A stretch of 64,000 nucleotides of DNA from Caldilineaceae bacterium SB0664_bin_27 (GTDB lineage: Bacteria > Chloroflexota > Anaerolineae > Caldilineales > Caldilineaceae): positions 401 to 64,400 of the forward strand of contig VXRG01000039.1 in NCBI GenBank assembly GCA_009838625.1, in the 5' to 3' direction. Both the position numbers and the translations under genes were made by a program. Shown in pieces: positions 38,184 through 47,600 of the stretch. The notes below the pieces were generated by a model, which did no database searches, was not told the DNA's origin, and saw only the letters and a program-made list of their open reading frames with translations. Positions within the stretch are counted from its first letter, which is position 1. Each line of letters begins with the position of its first letter.

Positions 38184-41100
38184 GTGGGGGACTGTATCTC
38201 TGCCAGCAAAGCAGGGGAACGCGGAGCCGATGCGCGCGTTTGCTTCTCTCTTGGAACTGGTAGAGCCAGCAGTCCGTTGATCAGTTGTTTGCCGCCGTGC
38301 AATAGCCACAGGTGTCAGGAGCGTCATCTGCCCGGTAACGTTTACCAGAAGTCTCTGCTCATCCGCCGCCTCCCACAGGGCTGGGACCGGAGGCCTTGGG
38401 CCGTGTTTGTCTGTCTGCTAAGTGGGTTTCTCTTCCTGTTGATCACGGGCCATGGCGCCGCGCCTGCACACGCCGGGACCCGACCTGCGCTGCCGCGGCA
38501 GTCCACGTCCGGGGCCGCCCCCATCGACGTAATCGTCATCCTCGATGACTCCGGCAGCATGGCCACCTGCTGGCCTTGGCCGCAGGGCCAACCTCCCTCC
38601 GGGCCCCCATGCGATGACGCTACTCTTAACGCCCCCAGCGACCCCAACGAACTGCGCTACAGCGCGGCCCGCCTGCTGGTCCATCTCGCCGACAGCGCCG
38701 ACCGCATCGCCGTGCTGCGTTTCGACAGTACCGCCGAGGGCGTCGGCTCGATGAGCCTGTTGCAGGAGGTCGGCAGCGCTGAAAACCGCAGCCGGCTGGC
38801 TGCGTCGCTCCAGTCTCCCGAGGACTATGCCCTGCGCGGCTACACGCGCATGGATTTGGGACTGAAGGAGGCGCTGCAGCTGCTCGAACTTCACGGCGAC
38901 CCTAATCGCAGCCAGTATGTGCTGCTGCTGACCGACGGGGAGCCAACAGCGCCGTTACAGGTCACCGGTCAGCGACAGACCATCACCAATCTACTGGCTC
39001 AGATCGGGGACGCCGGCGCACTGCTCTACCCCGTGATCCTCTGCAATCCCGATGCGGGCTGCGCCGGCGATTTTCTCAAAACCAGCTCTTCGCTCGCGCG
39101 CGAGGCCAAGAGCTCGCAGGACCTCCTGCTCATCTTTAGCGAACTATTCGCCGAAATGAAGTCGGACCGCTCGGTCGTCACCCACCGCAATGTGCACGGG
39201 AACCTGACCGTCTCAATCCGCAAAGCGCATGGCGCCGGCAGCATTGCCTTCGTCAGCCCGCAATCCGCGATCACCGCCGTAGAGCGGGACGGCGCGCCGA
39301 TGCTGACTCAGAGCCTGCTCGCCGACGGCAACATCGACCTAAACGTGGCTGTCGCGCCGCTGGCTGCCGGCGAATGGGTGGCAAAGACGACCGACCTGAG
39401 CAGCTTTGCCGTCGTCCAGGCCGACAGCTATCCTGAGCTCCTTTTCCCGCCTCCCAGCGTACTGGGCAACGCCGCCTCAGCGCGCTACTACCCTGCCGGC
39501 AAGTCGCCTATCATCGTCGTTGCCGGCGCCGGCCCCGCCGTGGACGAGCCGCTGATGCTCAACGGCAATCTGCCCATCGCACTCCTGGGTCAGGACCCGA
39601 TTAGCGGTCGAACGGTCGCCGTCCAGCAGCTTTCCGGCGGCGTGGAAGAGGTTACAGTTCAGTTGGGAGAGGACCGAGAGCCGTTACAGCTGCGGCGCAC
39701 CTTCCGGCTCCAGACCTCGGAGGAGCTGCCCCAAGCACAGGTCTTCTCCCCCTCAGCCAGCAATCCTGGAATCCTGCAAGACGGCAGCCTGCAACTACAG
39801 ATCGGTTTTGGCCCCGGCAGTCAGTTGGATGATCTCCAGGCCGCTGTCTACGTTACCGACCTCGACGGCGGCGAAATCGTCTACCGGAGGCGGATCAGCT
39901 GTGGTGAACATGTCTGCTCCGACGACGGCTTTATGCCGCAGGACGGGCGTGACTACGAAGCGCTCTTCCTGGTGACGGCGGCCATCGATGGAGTCCGTTT
40001 CGGAGACTATGCGCGCACGCTCTTGGAAGTAGAACCGGCGATCTACGTGAAGGGACTGCCGGCCGATATCGATCTGGCCAAGATGCCGCCCGAAGGATGG
40101 CCGCTCACGATCCAGGCCAGTACGGTTGAAGAGATTGGAACGCTGGAGGCGTCGCTGGTCCTGCGCCGGTCCGATACAAGCGAAATCATGCGCGAGGCCT
40201 CTGTAAGTCTTTCCGTAGAGGTGCCCGAAAACGGTATCCAGACGGCGCTTCTGCACGTGGACGGCCTCGACCTGCTGCGCCCGGGCCAGTACGAGGGCCA
40301 ATTGAATCTGTCGGCTCTCAGCCCGGCCGGACTGCCTATGGAGGTACAGGTTCGTCCTGCCCCATCGCTGGCTGTGCTCTTGGACATCCCCCGCTCCCAG
40401 GCACGCATCCAGGTGCAGGAGGCCGACTTCGGCGCGCTGCTCTACGATACATCACCGAATTACCGGCTGGATGAGCAGATCCTGCTGCCCGTCGCCTACA
40501 GCGGGGATACCCCCTTTCGGCTGACGGTTGAACTGGCCGAGAGTAGCTGCAGCGGCCTCACCGCCACTGCTGGTGACCTGCAACCCTTCGAAGCGACGGG
40601 CGACAGCGCGGCTAACTCCGCGGGCTCAGATGGTTTGCAGCCGGCGAACTGGGCGCTGCCGGTTCGCCTGCAAAGCGAAGGGACCATGTCCGCCGGCAAC
40701 TGCCACGGGCTCCTCAGTTTGGCCGGTCCCAGCCAGGACTTCGATGTCCTGTCCGCACACTCCTCCTCAGGCGCGGGTCCCTCCTCAGAGGCGACAGTGC
40801 CCTTCCGTCTCCAGATCCGCGATGTGGAGTGGGGTGTCGCCGGCGCGCTCGATTTTGGCGATCTGGGGCGGGCGGGCGAAAGAGCGACGGAAACGCTCTT
40901 TCTGCGCTTTAACGGAAAAACGCCTTTTGTGCTTGAAATCGTTGGGCTGACCGCATCGGGAGAGGCTGGCAGCGGCGTGATGAATTTGGATGAACTTTTC
41001 CTGGAAGCCCCGCCGGTCGAAGTCAACGGTTTGCCTGATGAAGAAGGCTTCTTCGAAGTCCCCGTCATCCTCATCGCCCGCAAAGACCTGCCCAAAGATG

Positions 41101-41858
41101 CTCTGCGCGGCTCCTTTTATAGTGGAGTGCTGCAGCTGAGCATTGTCGGCCTGGCCGGCGAGATGAGGTCTGTCGATATCAGTTTCCGCAGTCCAACCCT
41201 CTATCAGCGCTACGTTGAGTGGTGGTTGCGTCCGTTCTACACCTTCCCGCTGGTTTTCTGTAGCGGACCTGTGCTGCTCCTGGGGTTGCTCATCGTGGTG
41301 GCGCGTGCCCGCACTCGCGGGTACAATACGGATGACGACGAAGATCCGGGAGTGATTCTGCCTGGGCAGGATTCCCCTCTTGCGCCTGGGTACGCTGCCG
41401 CCCCCGGCAGTCCGGACGGCTGGCATCACGCTAGCGGGTCGGAAACCGCATTCGTCACGTCGAATGTGGCCGGGGGTTCGGCGTACGCGTCTTACCCACC
41501 GCCCGTCCCTGGACCGGAACCGGCGGCAGGTTCGCCAGGCAATTCCGCTGCTTTTGAGAATATCGCTGATACCTCTCCTGAGCGTTTTGCCGGTTCCGGC
41601 AGTTCGGACAGTTGGCAAGGCGCCGGTGAGGGAACGCAAAAGTCCGCTTGGGACACAGCCTGGGACCAGAGAGGCTGGGGGCCGGACCCTTACTCTTCCT
41701 CAGCGTCCGGGGACTACGGACGGACAGAACAGCCCGGCGACAACTCGAACTGGTCGTCTCCCTCTTCGGGCGATGGGGCGTTTAGCGACGAGCACAACAG
41801 TTCATCCGCCGGCGCGGGTTCGGCTGACCCATGGGGCAGCCCGCGCGACAGCTTCTAG
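38184..41858 (+). CDS. large type-I-like membrane protein: signal/anchor, vWA domain with MIDAS, about 700-aa beta-rich ectodomain, TM, disordered cytoplasmic tail
   Basis: MIDAS IVILDDSGSM plus LLLTDGEPT. Hydrophobic leader WAVFVCLLSGFLFLLITG...AHA. C-terminal TM LVFCSGPVLLLGLLIVVA followed by RARTRGY and a Ser/Gly/Pro/Asp/Trp-rich tail. The true start is uncertain (GTG at 38184; no in-frame ATG before the signal peptide). Confidence 0.75.
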   Translation: MGDCISASKAGERGADARVCFSLGTGRASSPLISCLPPCNSHRCQERHLPGNVYQKSLLIRRLPQGWDRRPWAVFVCLLSGFLFLLITGHGAAPAHAGTRPALPRQSTSGAAPIDVIVILDDSGSMATCWPWPQGQPPSGPPCDDATLNAPSDPNELRYSAARLLVHLADSADRIAVLRFDSTAEGVGSMSLLQEVGSAENRSRLAASLQSPEDYALRGYTRMDLGLKEALQLLELHGDPNRSQYVLLLTDGEPTAPLQVTGQRQTITNLLAQIGDAGALLYPVILCNPDAGCAGDFLKTSSSLAREAKSSQDLLLIFSELFAEMKSDRSVVTHRNVHGNLTVSIRKAHGAGSIAFVSPQSAITAVERDGAPMLTQSLLADGNIDLNVAVAPLAAGEWVAKTTDLSSFAVVQADSYPELLFPPPSVLGNAASARYYPAGKSPIIVVAGAGPAVDEPLMLNGNLPIALLGQDPISGRTVAVQQLSGGVEEVTVQLGEDREPLQLRRTFRLQTSEELPQAQVFSPSASNPGILQDGSLQLQIGFGPGSQLDDLQAAVYVTDLDGGEIVYRRRISCGEHVCSDDGFMPQDGRDYEALFLVTAAIDGVRFGDYARTLLEVEPAIYVKGLPADIDLAKMPPEGWPLTIQASTVEEIGTLEASLVLRRSDTSEIMREASVSLSVEVPENGIQTALLHVDGLDLLRPGQYEGQLNLSALSPAGLPMEVQVRPAPSLAVLLDIPRSQARIQVQEADFGALLYDTSPNYRLDEQILLPVAYSGDTPFRLTVELAESSCSGLTATAGDLQPFEATGDSAANSAGSDGLQPANWALPVRLQSEGTMSAGNCHGLLSLAGPSQDFDVLSAHSSSGAGPSSEATVPFRLQIRDVEWGVAGALDFGDLGRAGERATETLFLRFNGKTPFVLEIVGLTASGEAGSGVMNLDELFLEAPPVEVNGLPDEEGFFEVPVILIARKDLPKDALRGSFYSGVLQLSIVGLAGEMRSVDISFRSPTLYQRYVEWWLRPFYTFPLVFCSGPVLLLGLLIVVARARTRGYNTDDDEDPGVILPGQDSPLAPGYAAAPGSPDGWHHASGSETAFVTSNVAGGSAYASYPPPVPGPEPAAGSPGNSAAFENIADTSPERFAGSGSSDSWQGAGEGTQKSAWDTAWDQRGWGPDPYSSSASGDYGRTEQPGDNSNWSSPSSGDGAFSDEHNSSSAGAGSADPWGSPRDSF

Positions 41859-42011
41859 TCTCTGGTTTTTTTGCGCCGCTGCCGGAGCCTTTGGCCGACC
41901 TCAACTCTTCCGGCAGCTGGCGGCAACCAGATAGCTAGGCAAGCTGCGCAAACATGCACAGTAATGGAATAATAAATACGGGCTATAGAGAGTTCAAGAG
42001 AGAAGCCATAT

Positions 42012-44489
42012 ATGGAGCAGAACGGGGCGCCTTTTATTAGTGAAAAGCCAACAATCTATCCGACCCTCGTGGTCGGCGTAGGCGGTATGGGCACCAACGC
42101 TGTACGGGCCGTCAAACGGCGCCTGCGCAAAGCCTGGGGCGGCGAAACGCTGCCGGCGATGATTCAACTGCTGGCTCTGGATACGGAACCGCTGATCAAC
42201 CGGCTCGATCAGGAGCCCCTCTATGCCGATGAATCGGCCTACATGGGCAAATTTGACGCAACCCGCCTCGTCGATAACCTCGAAAACCATCCCGAAATCG
42301 CCCGCTGGTGGGACTACCCATCGATCCCTCTTGGCTATATCCATAACGGCGCCAAACAGCTGCGGCCCATCGGGCGGCTCTCCTTCTTCCGCAACTACGT
42401 CACCTTCAAGAGGCTGTTGGAGACGAAATACGCCGCCCTGGACAAGATCCGCGATCTGGAGATGGCGCAGAATCGCCGCTTTCCCGTGATGAGCAACTAT
42501 CAGCTCGTCTATGTCGTCAGCAGCCTCTGCGGCGGTACCGGCGCCGGCATGTTTATGGACGTGGCGCACCGAGTGCGCGCCCTCGTGCGCAGCAACGCTC
42601 GCGTCGTCGGCATCTTCTTCCTGCCCGACGTGCTAGAAGAAGAGATCAACAGCGACCTGCAGCGCCGCCGCATCAAAGCCAACGCCTACGCCGCGCTCAA
42701 AGAACTGAACTACTTCCAGGAAACGCAGCAGTTCCAGGAACTCTATCCCAGCGAACAGCGGGCACTGCCCGACACACCCTACGCACCGTTCGACTTTATC
42801 TTTCTGGTCGGGCGCACCAACCGCGACGGCCGCAGCCTGTCTCGTAAATCCGATGCTGAAAACCTGGCCGCTCATCTGATTCAACTCACAGCCATCAGCC
42901 ACCTGAGCAGCGAGATTCTCGGGCTGGAAGTAAACGTCGTGCGGGAACGCATGTCCGGTAGCGTCGCCGCCGCCGAGGTAGTTAACGACCGCCGCACCGG
43001 TCGGCCTCCGGCGAAGGGAAACTACCTGGTCTACAGCAGCTTTGCCGCTTCCGCGATCGTCGCGCCGGACGAGTCACTGGTCAACTTCTGGCAACAGGCA
43101 TTCCTGGCAGACTGCATGCGGCGCCTGGCCGCCGGGCCGGAGCTCAACGACCCGCGCCAGCCTATTTCACCGCAAACACGCCAGAAGGTTATCACCGCCT
43201 GGCAGGGACTCCTGGCCAGGATGCGCTCCCGCTATCTCTCGTTGGACAACGACCGGCTGGAGGAGATGGCCGAGGAGGTCGAGGAACAACGCGGCGCATG
43301 GCTCGGTTTCAAGACCGCGGTCGACGAAACTTTTCGCCAGGTGATCCTCGATACAGGACTGCGCGGCGCACTGGAGCTGGCCGACCTGCTGGCGCCGTTG
43401 AATCCTTCCACCGCGCCCAACGAATCGCTGATAAAGCAAAGACTTTTCCTGCTGAACAACCACCCGGTCATGGAAGAGGACCGCGCCCGTTGGCGCTCGT
43501 TGCTGGCCCAGCAAGGAGGCGCGGCGGAACAGATCGGCCAGATTGCCGGCGGACTGGGCGACCTCATGCTCGCGGCCTTCAACCCCCGCCAGGCCCGCGA
43601 TCGCGCCCGAGACATGCGCCAGCGCAAAGCCCGCTCCCGTCTTCACCAGCGCCGCGACATCCTGGAACGAATCCTCGTCGAGCGCCTCTTCGCATACGGA
43701 ACGCAGATGCGGGAGCTTTTCCGCTCACAGATAGACTATACCGGCAGCGCGCTGGGCCGGGCTAATCACGCGGCAAGGCGGGCCGCCGAACGCATCGACC
43801 CCCGCATCTCCGACGGCACCGCCAGCACCAACACGTACTATGAACTGGAGACCGGCGCCGTCGGGCGCGACTATCTGCAACACTTCTATCGCAACGCAGC
43901 CCAGGTCGTCTACCCCAGCGACTGGGAGGTCCTGCTCGGGCCCGTAATCGATCGCACCCTGAACTTCGGACGGGCGGTCAGCGGTGAGGAGCTCTTTGCG
44001 AACCTCACCAACGCAATCGCCACCGAAAGGGGGCTGCTGGGCAGGGTTCTGCAGTGCGTCGACATCCGTCACATTATCGGTGTCCAACATGGCGAAGAGA
44101 CCCAGCAGGCCCGGCCTCTGCCCAACAACCGCGTCCAGCAGTGGCTGGACCGTCTGAACCCCTACATCCGCTGGGATTCGGACCGCTTCAGCTTCCACGA
44201 CGGCAATCTGGAGCACATCCGCCTGGCGGCCACACCGTCAACGCGCGAAGATGATGCCCAGTTGGCGATGGCGATGGTCGGACAGGAGGACATGAAATGG
44301 ATACCCACCGGCGACACAGGACGCATGGACGCCGTCTGGATCGTCCACGGCCTGCCTGTGACGCTCATCGACCGCCTTGACGAGTTTCGGGCACAATATG
44401 AAAACAAACTCGATTTCCCCGCCCGCGAGGAGTTTCATCTCCATCCCGCCTGGGTCGACCTGCCCGAAATCACTGAAAACGATCTCTAG
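42012..44489 (+). CDS. tubulin/FtsZ-like GTPase (Pfam 'Tubulin-like' type) with a long alpha-helical C-terminal extension
   Basis: T1-loop-like TLVVGVGGMGTNAVRAV (compare FtsZ GVGGGGxNAV) and T4 signature-like VVSSLCGGTGAGMFMDVA (compare GGGTG(S/T)G). 825 aa. Confidence 0.75.
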   Translation: MEQNGAPFISEKPTIYPTLVVGVGGMGTNAVRAVKRRLRKAWGGETLPAMIQLLALDTEPLINRLDQEPLYADESAYMGKFDATRLVDNLENHPEIARWWDYPSIPLGYIHNGAKQLRPIGRLSFFRNYVTFKRLLETKYAALDKIRDLEMAQNRRFPVMSNYQLVYVVSSLCGGTGAGMFMDVAHRVRALVRSNARVVGIFFLPDVLEEEINSDLQRRRIKANAYAALKELNYFQETQQFQELYPSEQRALPDTPYAPFDFIFLVGRTNRDGRSLSRKSDAENLAAHLIQLTAISHLSSEILGLEVNVVRERMSGSVAAAEVVNDRRTGRPPAKGNYLVYSSFAASAIVAPDESLVNFWQQAFLADCMRRLAAGPELNDPRQPISPQTRQKVITAWQGLLARMRSRYLSLDNDRLEEMAEEVEEQRGAWLGFKTAVDETFRQVILDTGLRGALELADLLAPLNPSTAPNESLIKQRLFLLNNHPVMEEDRARWRSLLAQQGGAAEQIGQIAGGLGDLMLAAFNPRQARDRARDMRQRKARSRLHQRRDILERILVERLFAYGTQMRELFRSQIDYTGSALGRANHAARRAAERIDPRISDGTASTNTYYELETGAVGRDYLQHFYRNAAQVVYPSDWEVLLGPVIDRTLNFGRAVSGEELFANLTNAIATERGLLGRVLQCVDIRHIIGVQHGEETQQARPLPNNRVQQWLDRLNPYIRWDSDRFSFHDGNLEHIRLAATPSTREDDAQLAMAMVGQEDMKWIPTGDTGRMDAVWIVHGLPVTLIDRLDEFRAQYENKLDFPAREEFHLHPAWVDLPEITENDL

Positions 44490-44563
44490 CACTGTATTGA
44501 CAACCATTCCTGCCGTAGATCGGTGGACCTGTACCGACCCCGGCAATCTGTTATAAAATAAGT

Positions 44564-44597
44564 CACTTGGCGCCGAACGCAACCCGGCAGCCAAGTG
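44564..44597 (+). promoter_or_regulatory. 8-bp perfect stem-loop between the two tubulin-like genes
   Basis: cacttggc (44564-44571) / 18-nt loop / gccaagtg (44590-44597), 27 nt upstream of the ATG at 44624. Confidence 0.35.
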
Positions 44598-44623
44598 CTG
44601 GAAACCGAAATCTAGAAACTACC

Positions 44624-47600
44624 ATGATTCCCGGCGCAACCCGCAGCCGAGCTGCAATACTATGTCTTGGTGGATGGGGTCTGCAGACGATGCTCCATTT
44701 GGCGCCGCGTCTGCACTCCGCCCAGGAACAGCGAAACGCTACCGGCGCCGACGGACCCGATCTGACGCGCATCACCCGCTTTGCCGCCCTCCTGCCGTCC
44801 GATCAACTCAATCATCAGGACGAAATTTCTCTCAATCTGTTCACCCTGCGTGATAACCGTCTCCCGCCCTTCTATCTCGAACGGCTGCTCACCGAACTTA
44901 TGCGGTCGCCGCCCCCTGCCGTCCCTGAACTGCCGCAAACCACCAACCACTGGCGGCGGGCAACGAGCCAGCGGCGGGCAAGCCTGTTGCTCGCGTCGGC
45001 CGCAGACACGCTGCACCCGCTCCAATGGCAAGACGCAACATCTTCCCCGTATCCACCTGGGTCGGTGGGAGACTCGCCCACAGCCGCAAAGCCTTCTCGC
45101 AGAGGTCTGCCCTGGCCATTCCGCAGATCGAACAAGGATGCTGACACCGGCGGTGTTCCCGGCAGCGCAGAGAGCCCTCCCGCATCGCCCACAGCCCCGC
45201 CCGATACGCCAACGCGGCGGCATGCATTTCGTGCCGCGATTAACGAAGGCGGCAGCATCGCCCATCTTGTCGCCTCCAATATCATCGATCCCATCCGCGC
45301 CGACACCCTTGTTCCCGGCGATCCCTTCGTACAGACGACTCTGTATGTGATTGCACCCCTCTATGAACCGCTGACGTCGGCACTGATCTGGCCAACGATC
45401 GCGCACCAGCTCAACTATCTGGGCCAGCGTCACATCGCCCAGGTCGTCGGCATCTTCGCCGCCGGCAGCTACGCCACCGACACCAATCGCACTATCGAGG
45501 ACGCCTCCTGTTACGCGGCGCTGGCTGAATTGGAAGCGTTCACCGGCCTGCGTCGCGCCAACCTCAAACAGGTCATCTCTTCCATCCGGAAAGGCTCCAA
45601 GGCACGGGGCACACTGCCAGATGAGTGGCTGGGACGACCGCTCTTCGACCGCATCTATCTGGTAGATCGGGAAAAGAGCAATCAAGGCCTGGCCCGCAAC
45701 AGCTACGAACTCTCCGTCCTCGTTGGCAACACCCTTCAGGCGCTCATCGCCGCCGATGGAGCCGCCTACATCGATGAACAGGTCGGTATTGATCTGCGCA
45801 ACGCCAGCGAACGGCCCTACAGCCTGCTCGGTGCAGCCGCCGATCATGTGCCGCTGGACTATATCTTCCGGGCCGCGCAGCAGCACGAGGGCAAGCGGCT
45901 CGTACGCGAGCAGGTCCTGCTCCAGCCTGGAAGCGCAGACGGTTCAACCGCCGCCGGTTCACCCTCGACCGGGACTGCCACCCACTTGGAGCCACTGGCC
46001 TCGCTGCAGCAATTGGGCGCAACCTCGCATCAAGCACTGAACCGGCTCATCGGGCAGATGCCCGACCTGTTCAATGAGCTGAATCCCGAAACGATCCAGG
46101 ATCTTGCAGTCCATTCGGGATATGTGCTGCCGTCGGCGACTGCGCGCAAGCTGCGCGGTCTCAATCCGGTCCGCTGGCAGGCCGCCTTCGACAATCAGTT
46201 CCAGAGTGTGATGGCCCAGTCTGACGAGGACTTCGGCGCCGGCGCTCTGGATACGGCTTGGGGACTGGCCGCCCTGGACGAAGACGGTATACCTGTTGAC
46301 CCCACCGACAAACGCTTCCTGCCGGCCGTTGAGCAGCAGATGCGCGCCCACCTGCTCTCACTGATTGGCTCCGAGCCGTCAGGACTCCTGCACGCGCGAC
46401 GCCAACTCCACCAGTGGCTGTTTGAATTGGAGCAGGAACGACTCTGGCCGTCGTTGGCAACAGGGGACGCCGCCGCCTTTACTCCTGCTGATGCAAACCG
46501 GGTTGAACGACAATTGGAGCTGCGCGACTGGCGCAACCGCTATCGACGCACGCTCGCCGATAAACCTTCTCTGTTCGGATCATTGACGCGGGTGCTCGGT
46601 CTGCTGAGTGGTATCGTTCTGCTGACACTTCTCTATCTGTTCAGCTCCGGGTTGGTCGGCAGTGCGGACGATATCGTCACCGTGCAAAACGATCCCTCCG
46701 TACTTACCCAGCTGATGACCGGCGCGTCTCTGGACGCAGTCGTCGATTTCATCGGCAACGAAGCCAACGCCGCCACATTCATCGGGCTGATGATCGGCGC
46801 CTTTCTCGGCGCGATCACCTCCTATCGGAGGAGGGCGCAGCGCGTGCAGAAGCTGCGGCGCGAGCGGGTCAATCTGGCCTGTTCTGAACTGACCGCCCGT
46901 CTGCAGGACAGCGTTTGGCGGGGAATGGGCCGCGTCCACGATCGTCTGGAACAAATGCTGAACCAGATGGACAATGTTCTCGAACAGACCTGCCGATCTT
47001 TGCAGGACTGGTCTGTCAGCGAAAAGATGCCGCCCCTCCCGCCGGAGGATGCGATCACCTCCCATCTGTACCGGCCCCATCTCAGCCAGAATATGTGGGA
47101 ACGCTGCCTGGCCTTCATGCGCGGCCGCCAGGATGTTGATGCCGGCATCCAGGCGGCTGGACCTCCCCATTCCGCCGCGAGTGGCAACAGGGGAGGGGAA
47201 GGGCGCCTGCGCGTCATCTGGACAGCGCCCCAACGTCTCGAACGGCTAGCTGCGCAGTTCACCGGCCAGGAAGTGTCGTCCCGCCCTCTTACGGATATTC
47301 TGGCTTCTTATGTTCGCGAGTGCGCTCAGGCTGCCGTCGGCGAAAGCCAGACATCCCTCCCCGAGCAGGAGCCGGGCGGTGGCAGGGCCGCGCTCGACAG
47401 CGAAACCGAAATGGCGCACAAGGCCTTCGTACGCTCGCTCGCACAGGAGTACAATCTGGAGCACCTGCTCTGGCGCGACACGACCTCGGCAGAAGGTTTT
47501 GCCTCTCTCTATCCGGATGGGGAGTTCACGCCGATCTCTACCGCCACCCTGCGCTATCTGGAGACTATGTGGAATGCCGCAAAGCCCTCCGCCAACTACG

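Noticed and set aside
38108-38263. 51-codon ORF starting at an ATG after AAAGGAG in the vWA leader
   Set aside because: The SD-ATG spacing is only 3 nt. The product (MRAHFAHCKSMPPNAAGTGRSARL...) looks like translated GC-rich non-coding DNA. I keep it only as a possible leader peptide; it cannot be supported from the sequence.
41859-41935. T7 tract right after the vWA gene stop, plus an imperfect gccgctgccgga / tccggcagc..gcggc inverted repeat, considered as an intrinsic terminator
   Set aside because: The T-tract precedes the stem rather than following it, and the loop is 22 nt. This does not fit an intrinsic terminator, so I do not use it to argue against co-transcription with the next gene.
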